Below are positions 25,868 through 33,531 of a stretch of DNA of 35,549 nucleotides, in pieces. Numbering within the stretch: the first letter of the stretch is position 1; the number at the start of each line of letters is the position of its first letter. The stretch is from Candidatus Saccharimonadota bacterium (lineage in GTDB: Bacteria > Patescibacteriota > Saccharimonadia > Saccharimonadales > SZUA-47), in the NCBI GenBank assembly GCA_035329185.1, contig DAOLHH010000001.1:1-35549 (forward strand). Direction: 5' to 3'. The position numbers and the translations under genes were made by a program. The notes below the pieces were generated by a model. That model made no database searches. It was not told where the DNA came from and saw nothing but the letters and a program-made list of their open reading frames with translations.

Positions 25868-26310
25868 AACAGCCCCATAAATTCTAGTGTATGCTTTGTT
25901 GGTGGTGAGAGTGATATGCGCGTCAAATCATCGAAAGACCACCATCTCGCATCTGTAAAATCGTCGGCTTCCTGCACATGGGCATCTTTAGTACTTACAG
26001 CTAGCGTAACTTTATAATTGAAAAAATCATATTCGCCAATAACTCGTTCACCCGTTTCTTTCAGTATTTTCTCACTCGTCCCCGTATGTCGAAGGGTCAA
26101 CGCTTCAACTTTCGCATTCGATATATTAATTCCCGTTTCTTCAAGAACTTCCCTGTACAATGCTTCTTCAGCTGACTCGCCCGCTTCTATGCCACCACCT
26201 GGCACAATCCACATGCCTTCATAGGTAGCACGATTACTCTTTCCTAGCAGTATTTTTTTATCTGCAGAAATGATAAACGCTCCGACAATATCTCGCTTGA
26301 TAGTTCTCAT
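25864..26310 (-). CDS. NUDIX hydrolase
   Basis: Nudix box GGGIEAGESAEEALYREVLEETGI. ATG 26310 (MRTIKRDIVG...) is used; the 219-aa track form would overlap the heliorhodopsin gene and cross its terminator. Confidence 0.85.
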   Translation of the reverse strand: MRTIKRDIVGAFIISADKKILLGKSNRATYEGMWIVPGGGIEAGESAEEALYREVLEETGINISNAKVEALTLRHTGTSEKILKETGERVIGEYDFFNYKVTLAVSTKDAHVQEADDFTDARWWSFDDLTRISLSPPTKHTLEFMGLL

Positions 26311-26327
26311 AGTTGTCTTATTGTAAC

Positions 26328-26358
26328 AAAAACCCCTCTCAAGACCGAGAGGGGTTTT
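26328..26358 (-). terminator. Rho-independent terminator after the heliorhodopsin gene
   Basis: Stem aacccctctc (26331-26340) / gagaggggtt (26347-26356), loop aagacc, T-rich tail on the minus strand, 25 nt after the stop at 26381. Confidence 0.75.
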
Positions 26359-26380
26359 AGATTCACTTAAGCAAATTGTA

Positions 26381-27382
26381 CTATGGGCGCAATGTGCCGG
26401 CAAATACCTGCCATGCGAGCGCGCTCTTAGCGACCAAGCTGAGGACAATATAGGCTTTTTCTCCGTAAAGATAATCGGCCCACTTGCCTTTCTTCTTATA
26501 CTGCAACCACATATTGAGTGCAAATACGTTGAAGAAGAGGAAGATACTTACTAAGATTGCGTATACAAAATCAGGTGGTCCACCGCCTTCACCGTATTGT
26601 GCACTTCCGTAAACGTACAATGCGTAGGTAACCCATGGGAGTATACCGGCAATACAACCGACTATGTAAGCAGTCCAGTCGATACTACCCCGCCCCGCAT
26701 TAACTTTTTCCATGACAAGTCCACAAAGATTCATCACTGCCGTTAGACCGAACATCATGATAAGCGTACTCAGGTCATAAATACCTGCAATCATTGCGAT
26801 AGCAATAATCATCGTACTCGCACTAAAACTATACTCAATCCAGCGAGCTTTGTTCATGCCTTGTTCAAGATTTGTTTCATATTTCTTGCGATACCATGTC
26901 GCAATAGAAAGATGTGCAATTGCTGACATAAAGAAAAATGCCGCAACAATATATGCCACGTTTACATCAAAAAGATGACGTGTCGCAGGAACCAACACCG
27001 GATCTCCTCCAGAAGTAAGCGGGTCTAGTGTTAAGTGGTCTGTGGTCACAGGGAATAAAACATTTTTGCTGAGCAACACCACTGCGACACCTTGTGCTGC
27101 ATGGAGAACCGTCATCGCAATATTCCATTTGCGTAAATTTTTTAATCTATCAAATACTTTTTTTGGAGCAGATGATTTTTCTGCTTTTTTCACTTCTGTC
27201 TTTACTTCGACAACCGGAGCTTTCGTTGCTCGTGACGCAGAAGCACTTTTCGCTTTTGCTGTTGCCGTTTTCTTCGTTACTGCAGTCGTTTTGGCGCGAG
27301 CTGCTGACGCCTTACCCTTGGTTGATTTCTGAGTGGTCGAAGCTCGCTTCGAAGCACCAGATTTTTTCTTCGTTGTAGCCAT
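26381..27382 (-). CDS. Heliorhodopsin (7-TM retinal protein) with an ~85-aa Lys/Ala/Thr-rich N-terminal extension
   Basis: Seven hydrophobic helices with a long TM1-TM2 loop. Motifs I recall from heliorhodopsins such as 48C12: RWIEYSFSAS (TM3 Glu), VGCIAGILPW, FVYAILVSIFLFFNVFALNMWLQYKKKGKW, and AYIVLSLVAKSALAWQVF (TM7 Schiff-base Lys). Confidence 0.8.
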   Translation of the reverse strand: MATTKKKSGASKRASTTQKSTKGKASAARAKTTAVTKKTATAKAKSASASRATKAPVVEVKTEVKKAEKSSAPKKVFDRLKNLRKWNIAMTVLHAAQGVAVVLLSKNVLFPVTTDHLTLDPLTSGGDPVLVPATRHLFDVNVAYIVAAFFFMSAIAHLSIATWYRKKYETNLEQGMNKARWIEYSFSASTMIIAIAMIAGIYDLSTLIMMFGLTAVMNLCGLVMEKVNAGRGSIDWTAYIVGCIAGILPWVTYALYVYGSAQYGEGGGPPDFVYAILVSIFLFFNVFALNMWLQYKKKGKWADYLYGEKAYIVLSLVAKSALAWQVFAGTLRP

Positions 27383-27389
27383 AGCAGTT

Positions 27390-27416
27390 ACTATAGCATA
27401 TACGGGAGTGTATCAA
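27390..27416 (-). promoter_or_regulatory. Candidate heliorhodopsin promoter: TTGATA-15 nt-TGcTATAGT, with -10 ending 7 nt before the ATG
   Basis: Minus strand reads TTGATAcactcccgtataTGCTATAGTaactgctATG. No SD. Confidence 0.45.
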
Positions 27417-27434
27417 GTAAATACTAAAGATTAC

Positions 27435-29198
27435 CTACGGACAAGGGTCCTTATTTGAGTAGCTAAAGTCATACTTTGCTTCAAGATAATTTTCGATGCC
27501 CTGTATTTCACTACAAATGAATGAGCGGTCGTAAACAATAATCTCAGCCACATCCATGTTTGCATAATCTGCTCCGGATGCGGTACTGCGTCTCCCGCCA
27601 ATGTAAATTTGGTTAATCGTATAGTTTGGCGTGAAGTGTGATCCATAGTTATCAGGTGTGCTATTTTTTAACAATCTTTCGGACGAAGAACCACTCATTC
27701 TTGAAGAATAGGTTCCCCACGTATCGTCTATGGCGCTCGATACTGTGCGACCTGTTGTCCCGTTATAATATTGTTGAATGGTAGTTGTTGATCCATTTCG
27801 CATAAAAGGAATCAATCCATTGGATGTATTATTATCGGCGTTCTGAGAAGAGTTCATAAGACTCAAAAAACGTGCACTCGAGGCTGAAGTCGTGCGAGGA
27901 CGCATGACCATAAATGCCATTAGCTCAGTATCAGAAACTGAACTTGCAAGTGATGAAAGCAAATTACCGTTGTTGCTAAAACGCACTGCGTTTAATCCGT
28001 TTATCTGATTCGTTTTGAGTACCGGTGCTGTTCCGTAACCTAGCACTGCGTTATTACCATTTCCAGATTTATCGTACCAAGCAACAACACTATCTGAATC
28101 GTTTGTGGCTTCTACGGTAGAACCGCTCTGCCATTGTATAAATAATGAAGGTGCTGCACTGGCGCCATCAGTTCCACTTCGAGCAGTTCGGATACCACTT
28201 CCTGTTATCCATTTTATACCGAACGCCATAGCGTTGTTTGGCGCCCAACCTGAACGGTTCACTAATTCTTGCACGATAGAAGTGACGTCAAGTCGCTCAT
28301 TGGCTCCACTCGCTCCTACTGTATTCCAGTTCGGTGGCTGCCATGTTATGATTGCGCTCGTTTTAGATGCGTTCGCCACGGCATATGTTCCGCTCCACGT
28401 ACTTGGGTTATCTGAGGCGACGCCGTATACCTCAAACTGAACCACGCCTGCAGATTTTGTCTCGTCGGTCGTGAACTGGATATACGCATTCTGAATGGTG
28501 GCATTTTTTGGCGTCGTTATTGATCTAAATCGCAGGCCGATTGTTTGATTCCCTTTTGAAGTACCATCATATGACATTTCCAAATCTTGATCGTTAAAGA
28601 GCAATGAACCTTTACTTGAACTTGCGTTACTTCCGCGTTCTTCAACTACATCTGCGTTTGAGGTGCCTGGTAGCGATAATTTTGTGAGCGTATTGGTGGT
28701 CGCAATTGATTCGTAGAGACTGTTTGGCTCATTTGCATCAAGCCAAAGGAGCGGATCGTAGGTCGCAGGGTCGGTCTGTCCAGCAGTCACAATGACTTCC
28801 CCGTTACGGATAATGGTAGATTTAATATCACGTACTACTTTAGCAGTGCTAGAGGTTTCTGGGATATACACCCGACCGATGCCTTGTACACGCTTAGCAC
28901 TCGAACCTTCATCATACAAAATGGTTACTTGTATGGTCGCTCTATAGAAATCGTTTACAAACAAGTCCTGTTCAGCCGTACCAGCATACGCTGCGTTAAG
29001 CTCATACTGCTCCTCGGCATAGTCAATGGCTGCCTTGCTGGCAATATGAGCGATTTGTACTTGTGAGTGCAAAACAGCCGAGCCATTTGTTTGCACCGAA
29101 TTCTCAATAATAGCCGCACCTACGATGCTTATGAGCACAATGAAAGTCAAAATCATTGGCATCGCGAAGCCTTTTTTAAAATGCGGACGTATACGCAT
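27435..29198 (-). CDS. PilX-N-like type IV pilus minor component fused to beta-sandwich and C-terminal LamG-like (Laminin_G_3) domains
   Basis: N-terminal KKGFAMPMILTFIVLISIVGAAII then QIAHIASKAAIDYAEEQY (PilX_N style). C-terminal WYDKSGNGNNAV...NAVRF...IYIGGRR...DVAEIIVYDRSF is a typical LamG-like lectin-fold signature. Confidence 0.7.
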   Translation of the reverse strand: MRIRPHFKKGFAMPMILTFIVLISIVGAAIIENSVQTNGSAVLHSQVQIAHIASKAAIDYAEEQYELNAAYAGTAEQDLFVNDFYRATIQVTILYDEGSSAKRVQGIGRVYIPETSSTAKVVRDIKSTIIRNGEVIVTAGQTDPATYDPLLWLDANEPNSLYESIATTNTLTKLSLPGTSNADVVEERGSNASSSKGSLLFNDQDLEMSYDGTSKGNQTIGLRFRSITTPKNATIQNAYIQFTTDETKSAGVVQFEVYGVASDNPSTWSGTYAVANASKTSAIITWQPPNWNTVGASGANERLDVTSIVQELVNRSGWAPNNAMAFGIKWITGSGIRTARSGTDGASAAPSLFIQWQSGSTVEATNDSDSVVAWYDKSGNGNNAVLGYGTAPVLKTNQINGLNAVRFSNNGNLLSSLASSVSDTELMAFMVMRPRTTSASSARFLSLMNSSQNADNNTSNGLIPFMRNGSTTTIQQYYNGTTGRTVSSAIDDTWGTYSSRMSGSSSERLLKNSTPDNYGSHFTPNYTINQIYIGGRRSTASGADYANMDVAEIIVYDRSFICSEIQGIENYLEAKYDFSYSNKDPCP

Positions 29199-29965
29199 CA
29201 GTTAACCTTCTTCATTGAAATTGATGTTGGTACAGTAATATCTTCGCCATAAATTTTTTCACCCAAAGTAAGGGTTAATTTGACGAGCTCAGCATTGTCC
29301 GGTGAAGTAAGTAATACATTATTATCGTCGTAATACGTTACTTGGAAATCGACTACTTTATCAGACAACTTGGAATCTTCACCGCTACATGGGCTTACCA
29401 CGAGGCCCGCAGGACATGTTTGGGTTTTATAATTCACCCCACATGTCGTGTATTGAGGTACGAGCGTTCGACGATAAAGTGTTCTGTAATTGTTACCTGT
29501 ATTTGCCTTCGTAAAATACATTAAATTATTAATGGCGATATTATAAGACGACGAACAACTACCAGACTTTTTATAAACAAATTCTCGATCAGGATCTCGC
29601 CTGTCTGCCGTCAAAGCTGTTTCGTAGACAATAAGTGTGTCCGTTGGCGAGGTGTTATACGTCCAGCCACCTGATGGTGCGTTTGTATCAGACAAATCAC
29701 TCGATTTCGTCGAAGCAAAATCGGTAGAAAACAGCAACTCGTCTTCAAGCGATAGAAGTAAAATCTCACCCTCCATTCGTAGTCGAGCATGCGCAGCACC
29801 TTGAAGCAAGCCACCATACTGGATAAAGATAGTGTTTGCCAAAACAATAGATAATATCGATGCAAGTGGAATCGCAATCAATATTTCGAGAATGGTGAAG
29901 CCTTTCTTGTGCTTGTATAAGAGAGAGCCTTTATTCAAAGTGAGTTTAAGCATGCGACGCGTCAT
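29198..29965 (-). CDS. Prepilin-type N-terminal cleavage/methylation domain protein (PilW-like minor pilin)
   Basis: KKGFTILEILIAIPLASILSIVLANTIF is a class III signal with Glu at +5. ATGA overlap upstream and a 1-nt overlap downstream. Confidence 0.8.
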   Translation of the reverse strand: MTRRMLKLTLNKGSLLYKHKKGFTILEILIAIPLASILSIVLANTIFIQYGGLLQGAAHARLRMEGEILLLSLEDELLFSTDFASTKSSDLSDTNAPSGGWTYNTSPTDTLIVYETALTADRRDPDREFVYKKSGSCSSSYNIAINNLMYFTKANTGNNYRTLYRRTLVPQYTTCGVNYKTQTCPAGLVVSPCSGEDSKLSDKVVDFQVTYYDDNNVLLTSPDNAELVKLTLTLGEKIYGEDITVPTSISMKKVN

Positions 29966-30414
29966 CTACCGACACCCCCTAATTGAATGTAGGTGCCGTA
30001 TTCAATCGTTCTCATACGTGCGCCGTACTTAAAATCAATAACAACTCGTAAGTTTATAAGTGATTCGGTCGTATCATTTGCATAGCTTGAATAGACCTTT
30101 GCGGTACCCTCTTTTACGTGCCCGTCAGTTATTGTAGGTAGCGAACTTGAAAAATCTTCTATTTCATAATCGTCTGCTTCGTCGCCAATCGTAATATTCG
30201 AGTACGTCTTATTTTCATATTCTTGAATTTTAGCAAATGCAGCTGCGTTGGCAGCAAGTAACGCTTCAGTACGTGCATTGAGCTGGCCTCCAACTGTTAG
30301 AAGCATGAAACCAACAATAAGCACAACAGATGCAAGGACGAGCGCAAACATAACCTCAACGAGACTAAATCCATTACGTATTCTTAATTTCTTACCACCC
30401 AGAGATTTGAACAT
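29962..30414 (-). CDS. Prepilin-type N-terminal cleavage/methylation domain protein (PilV/FimU-like minor pilin)
   Basis: RNGFSLVEVMFALVLASVVLIVGFMLL is a class III signal with Glu at +5. Confidence 0.8.
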   Translation of the reverse strand: MFKSLGGKKLRIRNGFSLVEVMFALVLASVVLIVGFMLLTVGGQLNARTEALLAANAAAFAKIQEYENKTYSNITIGDEADDYEIEDFSSSLPTITDGHVKEGTAKVYSSYANDTTESLINLRVVIDFKYGARMRTIEYGTYIQLGGVGR

Positions 30415-30457
30415 ATCAATATAAAGTATAGTACGAGTACAACTATAGTGCTAGCGT

Positions 30458-30760
30458 TTATTCAGTTACGATGACTCCGTTCCAGAAGGCATAATGATTA
30501 CTGAAATCTTTCTTGACTCGTTCTATAGCCGTAGGAAGCGGATGAGGATACCGAAACGCAACATCTTTACCGATGACTCCATCGACAGTCACATTATAAT
30601 ACTGGCAGTTGCCTTTCCATGGACACGTATACGGTGTAGGACTTTCCGTAAAGTATTCTGACTTTATAGCATCTCCAGGGAAATACCAATTGCCCTCTAT
30701 GTAAATGAGTTCTTCTTTTGGCGCTTCTGCAATTATTGTATTGTTCCAGGTTGCTTTCAT
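30458..30760 (-). CDS. DUF427 domain protein
   Basis: MKATWNNTIIAEAP..IYIEGNWYFPGDAI....FTES..PYTCPWKGNCQYYNV matches the DUF427 pattern as I recall it. GGAG lies 5 nt before ATG 30760. The track's GTG 30793 start lies inside the repeat and is rejected. Confidence 0.7.
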   Translation of the reverse strand: MKATWNNTIIAEAPKEELIYIEGNWYFPGDAIKSEYFTESPTPYTCPWKGNCQYYNVTVDGVIGKDVAFRYPHPLPTAIERVKKDFSNHYAFWNGVIVTE

Positions 30761-30783
30761 ATATGCTCCACTATTACTTTTAT

Positions 30784-30839
30784 CACTACTCACTACTCAC
30801 TACTCACTACTCACTACTCACTACTCACTACTCACTACT
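30784..30839. repeat. Perfect heptanucleotide tandem repeat (CACTACT)x8
   Basis: Counted base by base: eight uninterrupted units, with stop codons in all frames on the minus strand (AGTAGTG)n. It sits between the divergent starts at 30760 and 30881. Confidence 0.97.
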
Positions 30840-30842
30840 ATA

Positions 30843-30871
30843 TTGTATCAACATGTCGCTTACGCTATGAT
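30843..30871 (+). promoter_or_regulatory. Candidate promoter TTGTAT-17 nt-TATGAT for the plus-strand membrane protein gene, starting 4 nt after the repeat
   Basis: ttgtat-caacatgtcgcttacgc-tatgat; ATG 30881 lies 9 nt after the -10. Confidence 0.4.
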
Positions 30872-30880
30872 GTGGTAAGC

Positions 30881-31435
30881 ATGGCGAAAAAACAAAATTC
30901 AATAGATACATCCTTCTCATTAACTCAAGTATCTCGCACTTTATACGGACTACTTGGAGTCATGGCCCTTGCTACGGTTATTTTTGATGCTGGGAATCTC
31001 ATAACAAAAGAGGCGGTAATCGACCGATGGACAGCCTTGTTCATCCTTTTCGTGATTAATACGATTGCTTGGTTCATCGCAAGTGAAGGCACTGCTTTTA
31101 GTAAGCGGGTGCTTACGTTTTTGTTAAGCCTGACGCTTCTTGGATTTGCTGGGGCAATGACCTACTGGGAACGTGGCATGGCGAGCACTTCAACTATTTT
31201 ATATACCTTGCCACTCTTAAGCGTAGCTATCCTTAAAAATCGTCACGCACTTGTCGCAACAACGGGCCTCTGTATTGCTACGTACGCGTACACGAGCGTG
31301 AAATATTTTAACGATTACTTTAACGAAGGATACCGAATTCAATTGTGGGGTAGTATCGTCATGTATAGTGGATTGTTTGTCGTCGTTTCATGGATCATCA
31401 TGATACTGACTGGTCTTCGTAGAGATTCTAAATAG
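30881..31435 (+). CDS. Hypothetical polytopic membrane protein (5-6 TM)
   Basis: Hydrophobic helices throughout and no recognisable family. Alternative GTG start at 30872. Confidence 0.6.
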   Translation: MAKKQNSIDTSFSLTQVSRTLYGLLGVMALATVIFDAGNLITKEAVIDRWTALFILFVINTIAWFIASEGTAFSKRVLTFLLSLTLLGFAGAMTYWERGMASTSTILYTLPLLSVAILKNRHALVATTGLCIATYAYTSVKYFNDYFNEGYRIQLWGSIVMYSGLFVVVSWIIMILTGLRRDSK

Positions 31436-31437
31436 TA

Positions 31438-32952
31438 TCAGAGTTTTAACTCTGGATAAATTGACCGTGTCACCTCATCAATATCTGCACGGAGCTGCGG
31501 AAATGGTACGCCTTCGCGTGCACTTACGCCTTCGAAAATCCAAAAAACACGCTCGGAATAGCCCATACCACAGGTTGGGGGCATGCCATACTCAAGCATC
31601 TCAACATAATCTATATCGAGCATCATCGCTTCATTATCGCCACTATCACGCATACGTTGTTGTTCAACAAAACGATGTAGCTGATCTTGGGCATCATTTA
31701 GCTCTGAGAACATATTTATCAATTCACTTCCTGCAATGACCGCCTGTGCGCGTTCTGTCACTAATGGATTGTCTCGGTTCGCTTTTGCAAGTGGTGAAAT
31801 AAATGTCGGCGTATTAATGAGCCAAATTGGACCGGTAACACTTGCTCGAATTCGCTTCCAAAGCTTATCAATCCCACGCGGAATACTCTCTGTTTTCTCA
31901 ACTTCAAGTTTGTGGTTTTTCAGAGCAGTCTGTACCTCTTCGATTGTACAATTAAACACATCGATACCGTAATGATCACGAATGACGCCAGCGTAATCCC
32001 ATTGCTCCCACTCTTTGCTCATGTCAATTTGCATGCCATTGACCGTAAATTCCAACGTCCCAAATGTCTCTTTAAGAACATAGCGGAACATACGTTCCAT
32101 AAACGCCATACCATCTTTCCAGTCAGCATACGCCCAATACCATTCCATCGCCACATGCTCGGGTAAATGCTCGTCAGAATAGTTCTCATTCCGAAAGCGC
32201 GGACCCAAATCATAGACTTTTTCAAAACCAGCTCCTATGAGCCGTTTAAGAGGGAGCTCGTGACTGATACGCAAATAGAAATCCTGGTCGAGTGCATCCA
32301 TGTGCGTAACGAATGGGTTCGCGTCTGCACCACCGGTCGTGTGCTCCATCACGGGAATATTGATTTCCAGGAATCCTTCTTTGTTCAAAAAATCGCGTGT
32401 TGCTTGCCAAAACCTTGAACGTCGTACAAAACGATCACGCACGTCAAGATTGACATTCATATCAACATAGCGACGTCGAAGACGTTGTTCCTTGTCTGTA
32501 AAGCCTTCTTGTGCGCTCGGCATAGGTCGAAGCGCTTTCGTAAGTAGTCGTAGACTTCGACAAGCAACTGATAACTCACCCGTTTGCGTGCGTATCACCG
32601 GTCCTGCACAAGTAACGAAATCCCCCGTATCTAGTAGTGCTATTTCATCGGGCATTATAAGCTCACTGTTGCTACGGTCGACGTTTTGGTTCGTTTCACC
32701 ACTCCGAATAAAGAGCTGTAGCGAGCCACTCATATCACGGATGACAATAAATGCGAGCTTCCCAAATTTACGAATGGACATGATACGGCCGGCCACGGTC
32801 ACTTCTTGACCTTCTAATGAGTCAAATTGCTCTATAACCTCGCTAGCCATGTGATCACGGTGTGTTTCAGCAGGATATGGGTTAATCCCGAGCTCTTTCA
32901 AGCTTGCTAATTTACGTAATCGTTCGTCCCGAAAATCTTGTAGTGTTGCCAT
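31438..32952 (-). CDS. lysS: Lysyl-tRNA synthetase, class II
   Basis: N-terminal OB fold (VTVAGRIMSIRKFGKLAFIVIRDMSGSLQLF), class II motifs (FLEINIPVM, YLRISHELPLKRL, FRNE) and a C-terminal GMGYSERV-type motif. AGGAG lies 6 nt upstream. Confidence 0.93.
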   Translation of the reverse strand: MATLQDFRDERLRKLASLKELGINPYPAETHRDHMASEVIEQFDSLEGQEVTVAGRIMSIRKFGKLAFIVIRDMSGSLQLFIRSGETNQNVDRSNSELIMPDEIALLDTGDFVTCAGPVIRTQTGELSVACRSLRLLTKALRPMPSAQEGFTDKEQRLRRRYVDMNVNLDVRDRFVRRSRFWQATRDFLNKEGFLEINIPVMEHTTGGADANPFVTHMDALDQDFYLRISHELPLKRLIGAGFEKVYDLGPRFRNENYSDEHLPEHVAMEWYWAYADWKDGMAFMERMFRYVLKETFGTLEFTVNGMQIDMSKEWEQWDYAGVIRDHYGIDVFNCTIEEVQTALKNHKLEVEKTESIPRGIDKLWKRIRASVTGPIWLINTPTFISPLAKANRDNPLVTERAQAVIAGSELINMFSELNDAQDQLHRFVEQQRMRDSGDNEAMMLDIDYVEMLEYGMPPTCGMGYSERVFWIFEGVSAREGVPFPQLRADIDEVTRSIYPELKL

Positions 32953-32973
32953 AGTTGCTCCTATTTTACCTTA

Positions 32974-33312
32974 CTAAAGGGCTCGAGTCGATTTAATCGG
33001 ATGCCATAGCCCTAGTGAACCCTGCCAGAGCTCTTGTTTTACGATGGCAGGGCCCAGAACCATACCCCTATCACGTCTCGTACTGACCATTTCAAAACAA
33101 TGGCGAAGTACGCGCGGTGCAACTCCAATCGGCATGAGCATAAACTCTCCTAGTTGATAGCCGTTGCCCTTGTACATGGATTCTACTTCTTCTGGGTATG
33201 CTTGCACGATTCTTCCTACATCTTCAGCGCCCATATAAAGTTGATGTACGCCATATGGCGTTGGACCTTGTCCAAGTATTTCGTGCCATATTCCGTCGAT
33301 TTGAATTTTCAT
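32974..33312 (-). CDS. Hypothetical protein, 112 aa
   Basis: ORF with a purine-rich AAGGAAGGG ~12 nt upstream, 21 nt upstream of lysS. No recognisable family. Confidence 0.5.
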   Translation of the reverse strand: MKIQIDGIWHEILGQGPTPYGVHQLYMGAEDVGRIVQAYPEEVESMYKGNGYQLGEFMLMPIGVAPRVLRHCFEMVSTRRDRGMVLGPAIVKQELWQGSLGLWHPIKSTRAL

Positions 33313-33336
33313 TTTACTATTTTCCCTTCCTTGCCA

Positions 33337-33368
33337 ATAAAAAAATCCCCCGGTTTTGCCGGAGGATT
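33337..33368 (-). terminator. Rho-independent terminator-like hairpin 25 nt upstream of the 112-aa ORF and 164 nt downstream of greA
   Basis: Minus strand aatcctccgg-caaaa-ccgggggatt followed by ttttttt (9 of 10 stem positions paired). Confidence 0.65.
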
Positions 33369-33531
33369 CGTTGTTGGTCTGATTTATTATTTAATCGCGT
33401 CTGATTTTATGACCATAAGAAACACTCCGACTGATGTCAGTCTTTGTATTCTTATTATTTGTAGCAAATGCTCGTAAAATCATAGCTCTGCTAGTGTATG
33501 TGAAGTACCAGAAAAATGCAAATCGGTTTTG

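Noticed and set aside
26311-26523. The long 219-aa form of the NUDIX ORF, starting at 26523.
   Set aside because: The extension would overlap the 3' end of the heliorhodopsin gene and read through its terminator hairpin, and its sequence (MHSICGCSIRRKASGP...) has no family resemblance. The internal ATG at 26310 gives a normal-length Nudix protein.
31439-31454. A 16-nt palindrome, cagagttttaactctg, spanning the stop codons of the convergent membrane-protein gene and lysS. It could be a bidirectional terminator.
   Set aside because: The stem is only 6-7 bp and AT-rich, with no U-tract on either strand, and it lies within lysS coding sequence. That is not enough to call a terminator.
33313-33531. 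A T-box leader for lysS, or a hidden tRNA gene, in the greA-orf112 gap.
   Set aside because: I found no T-box conserved sequence (AGGGTGGNACCGCG-like), no specifier-loop architecture, and no tRNA T-arm (GGTTCGAATCC-like) on either strand. The region is kept only as an unclassified leader or sRNA candidate.
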